Part shown: positions 8,842 through 18,293 of the stretch, piece by piece
Position numbering within the stretch: position 1 is the first letter of the stretch
How the letters are laid out: each line of letters begins with the position of its first letter
Assembly: GCA_020051175.1 (NCBI GenBank)
Contig: JAGVJJ010000044.1
Span: 192,761-256,760, forward strand
DNA length: 64,000 bases
Direction: 5' to 3'
From: Bacteroidia bacterium
GTDB taxonomy: Bacteria; Bacteroidota; Bacteroidia; 2-12-FULL-35-15
Program-made: the position numbers and the translations under genes
The notes under the pieces: generated by a model
Databases searched by the model: none
Told to the model about the DNA's origin: nothing
The model's input: the letters and a program-made list of their open reading frames with translations, nothing else

Positions 8842-10236
8842 TTAAATCTTGTCAAATAAAGAACCTGCGCCCCCAAGCAGCATATTTGCTCCCATTACTT
8901 CCGATTTGAGTCCGAGTATATCTGCAATTGTAGGAACAATATCGGCTGTAGCCCATTGGCCAGTAAAGCTGGGGTTATTGGAACTGTTTACATTCATGTT
9001 CGGAACTACACTAGGGCCGGCCATAAGACAGAATACGTCCAGCGCATTAGAATCAGAGTGGTCGTATCCGAAAAAGTCATTTTGAGAATCTTTTATAGGG
9101 TTCGGTGTAGCATCCCTGCCGCACTCCGGAACTGCAATGATTGTGGTATTATTCGCCATGACAGAATCATTCTGGATAACGTTCCAAATATGGCCTACCG
9201 CATGATCCGCCCTGTGAATAGCTTTCAGGTAGTTAGTAAACCCTGTATGACAGGTATCCACAGCACTAAGGTTTACAACTGTAAGCTTAGGTTTAAATTC
9301 TTTCAGCACTTCACATGCATAACCGATGGTGGCGGTATCACCATTCCCGGCAGCACCGTGATCTGGCGGAAAATCAATAGTTCCGGCACTTGTTTTTTCA
9401 AACATCGTTTTCATAAAATGTTTGATCTGGTCTTTTTCGTCCTCGGTATTGCCAATACTAGGGAGCGTTTTTCCTACATTTTCAAAGCTATTGTCGAGGA
9501 AATACTTCATTTCATACATTGGCCCCAGCTGGTCCTGAGGATGGTATATACGCGCATCTTTTAAGTAGGCATCACCTTTAGGTCCGAAAGTGATTGTGGG
9601 TGCAAAAAAGTTAGCGCCATATTTTGTTCCGTAAGAAGGATGGTCGCTGTAGTTTAGTAATGGCAATGAATTGCCTATGCCATTCCCAACGAACCATATT
9701 TTAGAGGCAGGAAAATCAGTTGGTCCGCCATGTCTTCTGAGATACTCAAATATCGTAGGGTTTACGGGTCTTTGTTTTAATCCCTGAGCTGCGAATGTAT
9801 TTCCCTGAAGCAAAACATTCAAGCCGCCATAATGGCCTGGAGAACTGCTTTTCATTTCAGAGAAAAGCATACCCTGCTGCTGCAATGATTGGGATAAGAC
9901 AGGTTGTATTGGTGTTTGGCCACCGGAACCTTTGCCATATACAATTTTGCTCGAAGGCGCTGAACCGCTAAGCATGTTCGGCATGATGTTTCCCGTAACA
10001 TCTAGCTCCGGTTGGGCCTGAGGTGGTGCATACAGCATCTGGCTGCCCTGAAGGTATGTTTGTCCTATAGTTTCCTGCCAACGTACCCCGCCCGCAAACA
10101 TGACCAGCACAACATGGTTGGCCATGGGTGTAGCACCGGTGCTGGCAAACAACCTTCCTGTAGGCAGTATATACGGGGCTGCAAATGCTCCCGCTGCTGC
10201 AAGTCCGGCCTTCTTTATAAAATCTCTCCTTTTCAT
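8842..10236 (-). CDS. DUF1501-like Tat-exported protein (alkaline-phosphatase/sulfatase superfamily fold)
   Basis: The start was trimmed to MKRRDFIKKAGLAAAGAFAAP (twin-arginine signal). VVLVMFAGGVRWQET, DTCHTG, ECGRD and GYDHSD appear in the order expected of DUF1501 metal-site segments. Confidence 0.7.
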   Translation of the reverse strand: MKRRDFIKKAGLAAAGAFAAPYILPTGRLFASTGATPMANHVVLVMFAGGVRWQETIGQTYLQGSQMLYAPPQAQPELDVTGNIMPNMLSGSAPSSKIVYGKGSGGQTPIQPVLSQSLQQQGMLFSEMKSSSPGHYGGLNVLLQGNTFAAQGLKQRPVNPTIFEYLRRHGGPTDFPASKIWFVGNGIGNSLPLLNYSDHPSYGTKYGANFFAPTITFGPKGDAYLKDARIYHPQDQLGPMYEMKYFLDNSFENVGKTLPSIGNTEDEKDQIKHFMKTMFEKTSAGTIDFPPDHGAAGNGDTATIGYACEVLKEFKPKLTVVNLSAVDTCHTGFTNYLKAIHRADHAVGHIWNVIQNDSVMANNTTIIAVPECGRDATPNPIKDSQNDFFGYDHSDSNALDVFCLMAGPSVVPNMNVNSSNNPSFTGQWATADIVPTIADILGLKSEVMGANMLLGGAGSLFDKI

Positions 10237-10255
10237 GATGCTCAGGGTTTTAGCA

Positions 10256-10789
10256 TTAGTAATACATGTATTCATTCGACAAAGCGAAGGAGACATATAT
10301 CAATTCAGGCAAAATGGTATCTGCCGGTGTAATATGTGATGTTATATAATTGTTGAAATATGTTTTCTCTGCTTCTGTAGGATTGCGCACAAGGAAACGA
10401 TTGTACGTTTCCACAATAAATTTATCTACGTCACCAGCCATCTGGGCTTTAGTGGGGATAATAGTTCCGGGCTTATTCATAAAATTGCTGATAACGATCT
10501 CTCTTGCGAGCTCTTTATCCCCAATGGATTCCATGCATTGGCTGATATCAAATATCTGGTTTGCCGAAAGGGCGGTCTGAAACAGGTTTGCATGCAGTAT
10601 GGCAACATATTGCTCATCAGTTTTGAGTTTAGTTTTGCCGCTGTTTGGTGGCAGCAGGTCAACAGTGTTCACATCAAAAAGCCGGCTTTCCTCCTTTTTA
10701 CATCCACTGGCAACCCCTAAAAGGCATATAATTGACAGTATTGAGAATCCTTTTGAAAATAATAAATTGTATCGCATTTTGCTTTTCAT
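10256..10789 (-). CDS. Hypothetical lipoprotein with DUF1549/DUF4214-like helical motif
   Basis: The start was trimmed to the ATG at 10789 (MKSKMRYNLLFSKGFSILSIICLLGVASGC lipobox), just after the upstream stop. The motif is TYNRFLVRNPTEAEKTYF. Confidence 0.5.
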   Translation of the reverse strand: MKSKMRYNLLFSKGFSILSIICLLGVASGCKKEESRLFDVNTVDLLPPNSGKTKLKTDEQYVAILHANLFQTALSANQIFDISQCMESIGDKELAREIVISNFMNKPGTIIPTKAQMAGDVDKFIVETYNRFLVRNPTEAEKTYFNNYITSHITPADTILPELIYVSFALSNEYMYY

Positions 10790-10793
10790 TTGC

Positions 10794-11717
10794 TTAATCG
10801 AAATTTGCATATTCATCTGATTTCATAATGTGCAGCTGAATTTTTTGTATATCGTGATCATTAAAAAAAGTTTGCATGAGGCTGTAGGCTTCCTGCGTTG
10901 ACGGCTCCCTGGCCAGCAGATTTTTATACATCCACCGTATAATACCTTCATAAAACTCTTTGGAGTTTACAAGTATTTGTATGTATTCTCCTTTGTTGGC
11001 CGCTGATTTGCCAAAAAGTATATCGGGTGTATTGTATTCTACCATGTTATAACCTGCATTAAATTCGTTGTTGGTTGGGAACCTGAAGAATAAATCGTTG
11101 AACGAGGCATTCAGGAAATTAAAGGTGTTCATATTTATCTGGTCGTATATTCCATTGTTTAACATCCGTGCGAAAACATCTTTAATTTCAATGGAATCAA
11201 GCCGATAGTCTTTTTCACAGGCAAGCAATTTAATATAGTTGTTAAACCGCTGTTTGGAAATTTCAAACAGCAGGCTGTCGCCATTCAGTGAATCGATCGT
11301 TGCTGCATAAGAGGCATTGCCAGCTTCCTCTGCGATCAGGTCGTTAGATGCAGCTTCCAGTACACGGGCTTTACAGAGTTCATAAAACCTGTTGTAATAG
11401 GCATAATTGTATGAAGAATCTCCTGCAACGTATGAGGTATCTGACTGTAGTTTTATAATGAGTTGTTCTCTTGAACCAATGCTAAGACTATTTGTGCGTA
11501 GATAATTTTCCTGTTCTTCCATTTCAGAGTCCAGCGCTTCACGGCCAATGAGATCAATAAAAAGTCGGTTGATATAGTTCTGAAGTACTACTTTTGGCAC
11601 ACCATCGTAGTAGGGAGCATTGTTTCCCGGAACAACAATTTCTTTGTCTTTTTTGCAGCCATTAACCAATACAAAAACTGAAAACAATAAAATGAAGGGC
11701 TTTGTAAAATTTTTCAT
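10794..11717 (-). CDS. Hypothetical lipoprotein with three DUF1549/DUF4214-like helical motifs
   Basis: Lipobox FVLVNGC. The motifs are NYINRLFIDLIGREALDSEMEE, SFNDLFFRFPTNNEFNAG and WMYKNLLAREPSTQEAYSLM. Confidence 0.5.
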   Translation of the reverse strand: MKNFTKPFILLFSVFVLVNGCKKDKEIVVPGNNAPYYDGVPKVVLQNYINRLFIDLIGREALDSEMEEQENYLRTNSLSIGSREQLIIKLQSDTSYVAGDSSYNYAYYNRFYELCKARVLEAASNDLIAEEAGNASYAATIDSLNGDSLLFEISKQRFNNYIKLLACEKDYRLDSIEIKDVFARMLNNGIYDQINMNTFNFLNASFNDLFFRFPTNNEFNAGYNMVEYNTPDILFGKSAANKGEYIQILVNSKEFYEGIIRWMYKNLLAREPSTQEAYSLMQTFFNDHDIQKIQLHIMKSDEYANFD

Positions 11718-11797
11718 ACAGGAAATGCGGCTGTGAGCTTTGATATTATTAACGTTTAAATATAAAAATAGTTACTTTAAATGTGGGTTGGTTTAAT

Positions 11798-11832
11798 AAA
11801 AAAACCTCATCCTAACCAAGGATGAGGTTTTT
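11798..11832 (-). terminator. Rho-independent terminator of the 11851-12807 gene
   Basis: A perfect 10-bp stem AACCTCATCC / GGATGAGGTT (11803-11812 / 11820-11829) with a 7-nt loop. It is followed on the minus strand by a T7 run (the A-run at 11798-11804). Confidence 0.7.
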
Positions 11833-11850
11833 AATTGTATTGTCTCTTTT

Positions 11851-12807
11851 TTAGTAGGGCAATATAATCTGCTGAGGTGTATTATTGGCATCAACCCAGT
11901 TAAACTTATAACCATAAGGACAACCAGAAGCTGCTAGACCATCCGAATTAACACCGTAAGTTAGTGTAAGCAGGTAAGTAGACCAGCGAAAGTTGATTTT
12001 GCCAGTTAATGGCTTAAATATACAATTGTTAGAATTAACCAAGTCGTAGGAAAAAGGAACTTCAGCGTCAATGAAGTAATTATCTCCATATCTGTTTACT
12101 CCCCAGAATGCAGTACCAGGATAACCCCCTATTGCTGTATCGCCTTCAATGGTAGCTTTTATAATACCTCCATTGTTGCTGAATGTTCTGATTTTTTTTG
12201 CGTTCCAAGTACATTCTGTGCCATCTTGATATTCTACATGTATATTCGCTTTCACTTTATGTACAATCGGGGTACTCAACCAAATGAGCTCAAGCAAACC
12301 TCCCTGGTTCACATTTTTAACTGTATGCGTGCCGTTTATAGTGATAGATTTATTGGTGGCTACGTAGGTAATTTTATAATTGGTAAAAGTTAGCTGAGCA
12401 ACTGCTCCCGCTGTTGAAAACCGTACTACCTGTCCACCCTGAACAGGAAGCTGGATGGTAATGGTTCCCTCTCTTTTTTTACCAGAGCAGACAGTTCCGT
12501 CATAAGTCAATGTTATAATGCCCGTTGTTGCCGTGGTGGATGAATCGTAGGTCATGCCGCAAATGCTTTGTATGTCTCTTGTTGTAGAAATTTCAGACAT
12601 TGCTGAATTCGCATCGTCCATGGCCTGGTTGGATTCGGTTTCAAGATCTGTCTGGTCGGAAGCCCTTTGGGTCTGCTGTGTGGTTCCTATCGAACTTGTA
12701 GACGGAGGGGTTGGTGTTTCCTCTTCCTTCTTTTTACAGCCGGTATGTACAGAACAAATTATTATTGCACCGATAATAGTTTTAGAGATGAATCTGAATG
12801 CTTCCAT
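11851..12807 (-). CDS. Hypothetical lipoprotein (beta-rich, Thr/Gly-rich)
   Basis: Lipobox SVHTGC followed by an acidic/Thr-rich linker. It has its own terminator, so it is probably a separate transcription unit. Confidence 0.5.
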   Translation of the reverse strand: MEAFRFISKTIIGAIIICSVHTGCKKKEEETPTPPSTSSIGTTQQTQRASDQTDLETESNQAMDDANSAMSEISTTRDIQSICGMTYDSSTTATTGIITLTYDGTVCSGKKREGTITIQLPVQGGQVVRFSTAGAVAQLTFTNYKITYVATNKSITINGTHTVKNVNQGGLLELIWLSTPIVHKVKANIHVEYQDGTECTWNAKKIRTFSNNGGIIKATIEGDTAIGGYPGTAFWGVNRYGDNYFIDAEVPFSYDLVNSNNCIFKPLTGKINFRWSTYLLTLTYGVNSDGLAASGCPYGYKFNWVDANNTPQQIILPY

Positions 12808-12984
12808 AACGCGGTTTTTTAATAGTTAAAGTATATATAGATATAAAGTATTTTTTTACTAAGTCATAAACAAATCTAATGAATCTATCTTAAATTCCAA
12901 ATATACTTTTGAAAAAAATTCCAGCTCCTATGTCTTGAATTCAAGGTAAATGAGTTTGGAATTTAGAATTAAGTTAAGGAATTA

Positions 12985-15126
12985 TTATATTCTTACTCCA
13001 ATTATGCAAATATCATCTACCTGTTCAAGATTCCCCATCCATTTTTGGAGTGAGGAATCTAGCTTGTCTTTTTGCTCGGAAGGGGTGTATAAATGATTTG
13101 CAAGCAACATTTCTTTTAATGCCTTGTGTTTTAACTTTTTTCCATGGGGACCACCAAACTGATCAGGATAGCCATCCGTGAATAAATAAAATATATCCCC
13201 TGCGTTATAACGTATGGTGTGAGTTGTAAAAGGAAGCGGATTCTCGGTTTTGCCGATTGCCTGTTTGTTCGCTTTTATTTCAATCAACTTCCCGCTGGAA
13301 ATGTACCATAAAGGATTATTGGCCCCACTCCATTTGATTTCCTTTGCCTGGAAATTGATTGAAATGAGTGAAATGTCCATTCCATCCTTTACATCCATAT
13401 CGCTTTTTGAAAAGTTTTCCAATACCAGTTCTCTTGTTTTATCCAGTATTTTGCCGGGTTCCGTTAATCCTGCTTCCAATACTGCCATATTCAGTGCATT
13501 GCTGCAGATTACACTGATAATGGCCCCTGGTATTCCGTGCCCAGTTCCATCGGCTACAGCTAGGAACAATGTATCTTTTTTACGTTCCATCCAGTAAAAA
13601 TCACCCGCTACAATGTCTTTGGGCTTATAAAGAATAAAGCTGTCCGATAACATGGATTTAATGTACTGTTCAGGCGGCAAGATGGCATCTTGCAGACGTT
13701 TAGCGTAGGTGAACGAAGCAAGTATTTCTTTTTGCTTTTCTTCTACGATGTTTTTTTGTTTTTCTATTTCTTTGTTTTGTCGTCTGGTAAGCCTTAAACG
13801 GTTAAACGCAAAAATAGTAAAGCCAAGAATCAGGAGTATACTGCCAGTCCCCGCATAGATCAGTATATTTTGCTTTTGTGCACGTTCGGCAGATACTGCC
13901 ATTTGCTTTTCGTGCTCTTTTTCATCCAATGCCCTCTGTTTCTCGTATGTGTATCTAAGATCTTGTTTAAGAACTTCTTTTTGATTGGTTTCATTCAGTA
14001 TGCTGTCGCGCATTTGTACGAACAGTTCGTGCATAGCCAGGGCTTCTTTGTAATTGCCATTTAATTTATAGCTGTTATACAAAGCCTGACCGGCATCTCG
14101 TGTAGCGGAAACAAGGCTGCCCTCCTGCGCAATCAACAGCGCTCTTTTGTAAAAAGGAATTGCCTTATCTATTTCTCCTTCCATTTTATAAACATCCCCT
14201 ATATAATTCAATGAGGCGGCTATCCATCTCTTATTATCAATTTCTTCGAATATCTTTAAACTGCGGTTGAGATAATCCAAAGCCTCCGAACTGGCCCCGA
14301 TCTTTTTGTATACAAACCCGATATTACCTAAAGCAAGTGCTATATTATTTTTATCTCCTATTTCTTCACTTACTGTTAATGACCGGTTGAAAAATTTCAT
14401 TGCTTTCGCCTCGTTTCCCATATCGGTATATAGTGATCCTAGGGCGCTGTATGCAATAGCCACTCCTCTTTTATCACCGATGCTTTCCCTTATCTTTAAG
14501 CTCCGTGTCTGGTAATCAATCGCTTTCAGTGTATCGGCCAGTTCCTGGTAAATTCTTCCAATATTGCCTAGGCAGTTGGCTTCTCCCTTTTGGTCACGAA
14601 TTTCCTCGTTTATTTCGAGACTGCGGGTATAATAGTCAATAGCTTTGTCATTTTCAGCCTGGCCCTGGTAAACAGTACCCAGGTTATTCAGCGTGGCAGC
14701 AATTCCTTTTTTATCTCCTATTTTGGTTCTGATTTCTAAGCTGCGTGTATAATAATCCAATGCCTTAAAACTTTCTCCTTTATTGTAAAAAATTATTCCG
14801 AGGCTGTTCAATGCAAGTGCAAGCGATTTTTTGAATGTAAATTTTTCAGTTGATGTTAAAGAAACATCTTTTAAATTTTTTTCAGCAGCAGCCACAATTT
14901 TCTGGTTCAGTTCCTCATCGAGTTTGGGATCAGATATATATATAAGATTATCCCATGCAATGTATGCAGCAATTTTACTGGTATCGTGGGAGGCAGAATT
15001 AATAATTTCCATAAGTGAGTCAATAGTTCGTTTTTGAGGAACAGCTGACTGTCCTATCAGATTAGTTTGCATAAAAAGCAAAACTATCAAAACATAATAT
15101 TCTAAACACTTGAACATTTTCAACAT
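12985..15126 (-). CDS. TPR-repeat sensor / transmembrane / PP2C-type (SpoIIE family) serine phosphatase
   Basis: It has an N-terminal signal and about 8 TPR units (ALNSLGIIFYNKGESFKALDYYTRSLEI...). A coiled coil and one TM helix (ILIYAGTGSILLILGFTIFAF) follow. The C-terminus is a PP2C domain (GDFYW...DGTGHGIPGA...DGYPDQ). Confidence 0.85.
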   Translation of the reverse strand: MLKMFKCLEYYVLIVLLFMQTNLIGQSAVPQKRTIDSLMEIINSASHDTSKIAAYIAWDNLIYISDPKLDEELNQKIVAAAEKNLKDVSLTSTEKFTFKKSLALALNSLGIIFYNKGESFKALDYYTRSLEIRTKIGDKKGIAATLNNLGTVYQGQAENDKAIDYYTRSLEINEEIRDQKGEANCLGNIGRIYQELADTLKAIDYQTRSLKIRESIGDKRGVAIAYSALGSLYTDMGNEAKAMKFFNRSLTVSEEIGDKNNIALALGNIGFVYKKIGASSEALDYLNRSLKIFEEIDNKRWIAASLNYIGDVYKMEGEIDKAIPFYKRALLIAQEGSLVSATRDAGQALYNSYKLNGNYKEALAMHELFVQMRDSILNETNQKEVLKQDLRYTYEKQRALDEKEHEKQMAVSAERAQKQNILIYAGTGSILLILGFTIFAFNRLRLTRRQNKEIEKQKNIVEEKQKEILASFTYAKRLQDAILPPEQYIKSMLSDSFILYKPKDIVAGDFYWMERKKDTLFLAVADGTGHGIPGAIISVICSNALNMAVLEAGLTEPGKILDKTRELVLENFSKSDMDVKDGMDISLISINFQAKEIKWSGANNPLWYISSGKLIEIKANKQAIGKTENPLPFTTHTIRYNAGDIFYLFTDGYPDQFGGPHGKKLKHKALKEMLLANHLYTPSEQKDKLDSSLQKWMGNLEQVDDICIIGVRI

Positions 15127-15164
15127 TGTATTCTCTCAAATAAGTATTTTTATTGTTCAATAAA

Positions 15165-17282
15165 TTATATTACAGGCTGTATCCCTAAAATAAGAATATC
15201 ATCACTTGTATTGTGTGTTTTTTTCCAAAGATTAAATTCGGTCAGTAAAAAATCATTTTTTTCGTCAAAATTTTGCTTTCGTGATAAGCTTATTAAAATG
15301 TTTTCAAATTGCTTACTATTCATAGGAATATCATCTTTACCGCCTATCTGTTCTATATATCCGTCAGTGTACATATATAACCAATCATTCTTACATAATG
15401 ATATATTTTGGGTTTTGAATTCATATTCTGACAACTTTCCGGGCTTTAAATAGCTACCACCAACTGGTATAGGATCCGCTTTATAGCGCAGCGCTTCTTC
15501 ATTTCTTACAACTGTTATACTGTTTCTTGCCCCGCTATATTCTACTACGTGTGAGATTTTATCGATTAAACAAATGGATAAATCAATTCCATCCTGAATT
15601 TCACTGCCATTATGTTGGTGCAGGACTCGAATAATCTCTTTGTTCAGCTTTTTTAGTATCTGGGAGGGCTGCATAACTCCTTCGCTAACTATTTTGTCGA
15701 GTAACAGGCTTCCCAATGTACACATGAAGCCTCCTGGAACACCGTGGCCAGTACAATCTGCACAAATAAAGAGAAAATAATTGTTGGTTTCTTTAAAGAA
15801 ATAGAAGTCACCGCTTACAATGTCTTTTGGTTTATTAAAAATGTATAAACCGGATACTGATTTCTGCATTACTTCTATAGAAGGAAGCAATGATTCTTGT
15901 ATTTTCTTTGAATAATTAATACTTTCTATTATCTGAGAGTTTTGTTTTTCTATAATCGCTTTTTGTTGATTGCTGATTTTGAAACGTTTAAAAAGAACGA
16001 TAGAAAGAACAGAAACAATAGTCAGACAGCTTGCAATTGCAAAAGAAATGTCTTTTTGTGTATTTTCCCGCTCTAAAGAAATTGCAAGCTTTTTCTCGTT
16101 GGCAACTTTCTGTTTGTCGTAGTTGTGCTGTAATTCCCGCTTTAATATTTCTTTTTGATTTGCTTCATTTAGTATGCTGTTATGCGTTTTCATGTATAAC
16201 TCATACGATGTGAGTGCTTCCGAATACCTTTTTTCCTTTTTATATATGTCTGCTAAAGACCGGCTGGCATCCCTTATTATCGATGTATGCCCCACCTTTT
16301 GCGCCAAAAGCAACGCTTGCTTTAGGAAGTTTATAGATTTTGATATTTCGCCATTTTGTTTATAAATATCACTAATGTGTGTAAAGAATGCTGCCAAACT
16401 TTTTTCATCACCAATTTCTTCAAGGATTTTAGTACTTCGGGTCAGGTAACTAAGCGCCTCTGTGTTTTGGCCTTTTCTTATATATTCAGCACCTAAATTG
16501 CCAAGTGCAAGAGCAATTTTTTTTTGATCTCCGATCTCGTTACTTAAAGCCAAACCTTTTTTAAAAAACTCAATCGCCTTATCAGGCTTTTCAAGCATAG
16601 AATGAATTGCAGCAATATTATTATACGAAATTGCCATGGCTCTTTTGTCATTTAGTTTTTTTCGTATTTCAAGGCTTCTGTATTGGTATTCTATGGCCTT
16701 TTGTGGCTCTTTCTGTTCAACATATATTCTTCCGATATTGCTTAAGCAATCAGCTTCTCCACTTTTGTCATTAATTTCCTCATTAACTTTCAAGCTCTGC
16801 TCATAACTGTCTATCGCTCTTTTATAATCCGCCTGGTCCTGATATACGATGCCAAGATTATTCAGGGTAGCTGCAACTCCTTTCTTATCACCAATTGATT
16901 CTCTTAGTTTTAAGCTTCTGGAGTAAAAGTCCAAGGCTTTTATATTTTCACCTTTATTATAAAAAATTATTCCCAGGCTGTTCAGCGCAAGGCCAAGAGA
17001 TTTTTTAAATGTTTCTTTTTCCTCAGATATTAAACGGTGATTTTTAAGATTTTTCTCTGCGAGTGCAACAATTTTTTCATTCAGCTCCTGATCCAGTTTG
17101 GGATCCGACATATAAATAAGGTTGTCCCATGCATTATAGGCGGCAATTTTGCTGGTGTCATGGACGTTTGAGCCAATTACGACTTTCAGGGAATCAATTG
17201 CTCGAAGCTGCTGCGCAGGCAATTGCCCATGGGTATTCAGATAACTATAAAAAAGAAAAAAAATACAGATGTAATATTTCAT
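15165..17282 (-). CDS. TPR-repeat sensor / transmembrane / PP2C-type (SpoIIE family) serine phosphatase (tandem paralog)
   Basis: It has the same architecture as 12985-15126, and the N-terminal segments are near-identical (HDTSKIAAYNAWDNLIYMSDPKLDQELNEKIV vs HDTSKIAAYIAWDNLIYISDPKLDEELNQKIV). PP2C motifs are GDFYF...DCTGHGVPGG...DGYIEQ. Confidence 0.85.
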   Translation of the reverse strand: MKYYICIFFLFYSYLNTHGQLPAQQLRAIDSLKVVIGSNVHDTSKIAAYNAWDNLIYMSDPKLDQELNEKIVALAEKNLKNHRLISEEKETFKKSLGLALNSLGIIFYNKGENIKALDFYSRSLKLRESIGDKKGVAATLNNLGIVYQDQADYKRAIDSYEQSLKVNEEINDKSGEADCLSNIGRIYVEQKEPQKAIEYQYRSLEIRKKLNDKRAMAISYNNIAAIHSMLEKPDKAIEFFKKGLALSNEIGDQKKIALALGNLGAEYIRKGQNTEALSYLTRSTKILEEIGDEKSLAAFFTHISDIYKQNGEISKSINFLKQALLLAQKVGHTSIIRDASRSLADIYKKEKRYSEALTSYELYMKTHNSILNEANQKEILKRELQHNYDKQKVANEKKLAISLERENTQKDISFAIASCLTIVSVLSIVLFKRFKISNQQKAIIEKQNSQIIESINYSKKIQESLLPSIEVMQKSVSGLYIFNKPKDIVSGDFYFFKETNNYFLFICADCTGHGVPGGFMCTLGSLLLDKIVSEGVMQPSQILKKLNKEIIRVLHQHNGSEIQDGIDLSICLIDKISHVVEYSGARNSITVVRNEEALRYKADPIPVGGSYLKPGKLSEYEFKTQNISLCKNDWLYMYTDGYIEQIGGKDDIPMNSKQFENILISLSRKQNFDEKNDFLLTEFNLWKKTHNTSDDILILGIQPVI

Positions 17283-17442
17283 GCCGGCAAGCTCATATAC
17301 ATTAAACAGGACTATATTGGTCTGACTGGGTTAATGTGTCTATAAAGTACACAATATACGAATTTATTATTTTCCATCAAAAAAGATACAGTATTGAAAA
17401 TACTTCTTAAATTTAATCCCACATGATAAAAATCTACAACCC

Positions 17443-18273
17443 ATGAACATGAAAACAAAAATTGCTGCGGCAGCTGTTATGCTTGCTGTAGGTTCTATTT
17501 TTATTGTTGAATTCAGCGTCCCTGCTGGTGCGAACGCAACAGGTGCTCCGGCTGGAAATACCGGGTCGCCTGGGGATGGTACCAACTGTACGTCTTGTCA
17601 CACGGGTTCGCCTTCTACCCAGGCGGGACTGATTACATCCACGGTGCCCAATACGGGGTACGTTCCGGGTCAGACGTATACAATAACAGGGTCTATTACG
17701 GCATCCGGAAAAACAAAGTTTGGTTTCCAGATATCTCCGCAAAACACGGCTGGTGTATTAAAAGGTACAATGGCTATTACCAATTCTACAAACACACAGC
17801 TTGTGAGCAGTGGAAAATATGTAACTCATAAATTTGCAGGAACTTCATTCCCTTCCGGAACAGCAACCTGGTCGTTTGACTGGACTGCTCCGGCAGCAGG
17901 AAGTGGAGATGTTACTTTTTATGGCTCATTTAATGCGACTAACAGCAATAGCACAACTACCGGAGATGCAATAACACTTTCTTCTCTTGTTGTTCCGGAA
18001 AACCTGTCTACCGGTATTGAGGCGCTGGCAGCGTCCGTTTCTGTTGCAGTATATCCAAATCCTTTTGTTGATGATGTTTTTATCAAAAACAGTGCTAATG
18101 AAGCTGCTATGATGGATGTAAGTGTTATTGATATAAATGGTAAGGTTGTTAAAAGCGTCAGCCAATTAAAAAGCGGAGCATCTGTTAATCTTCAGGAGCT
18201 TGCAACTGGTGTTTATACCCTAAGAATTGAAACACCGGAAGGGACTCTTATTAAAAGAATAACAAAAAAATAA
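17443..18273 (+). CDS. Secreted protein with N-terminal CxxCH-containing domain and T9SS type-A C-terminal sorting domain
   Basis: Signal peptide, then TGAPAGNTGSPGDGTNCTSCHTG (CTSCH at 17587-17601). The CTD is VAVYPNPFVDDVFIKN...GVYTLRIETPEG. Confidence 0.6.
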   Translation: MNMKTKIAAAAVMLAVGSIFIVEFSVPAGANATGAPAGNTGSPGDGTNCTSCHTGSPSTQAGLITSTVPNTGYVPGQTYTITGSITASGKTKFGFQISPQNTAGVLKGTMAITNSTNTQLVSSGKYVTHKFAGTSFPSGTATWSFDWTAPAAGSGDVTFYGSFNATNSNSTTTGDAITLSSLVVPENLSTGIEALAASVSVAVYPNPFVDDVFIKNSANEAAMMDVSVIDINGKVVKSVSQLKSGASVNLQELATGVYTLRIETPEGTLIKRITKK

Positions 18274-18293
18274 TTTTTAATTTTTCAAATTTC

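Noticed and set aside
8956-9564. Plus-strand 202-aa ORF, and similar long antisense ORFs (24528-24974, 26738-27139, 28193-28591, 32236-32637, 33958-34332, 42347-42730, 42952-43395, 50308-50688, 53449-53826)
   Set aside because: Each lies entirely inside and antisense to a confidently identified gene (DUF1501-like, purT, mnmH, selD, the hydrolase, pyrE, the PRTase, the DLH, pepO, GT2). None has a recognisable motif, and their composition is unusual (Cys/Arg/His-rich).
10794-10816. Overlap of ORFs 10256-10816 and 10794-11717, considered as a frameshifted single gene (pseudogene)
   Set aside because: The downstream ORF has its own ATG at 10789, directly after the upstream stop, and its own complete lipoprotein signal (LLGVASGC). 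Two separate genes is the simpler reading.
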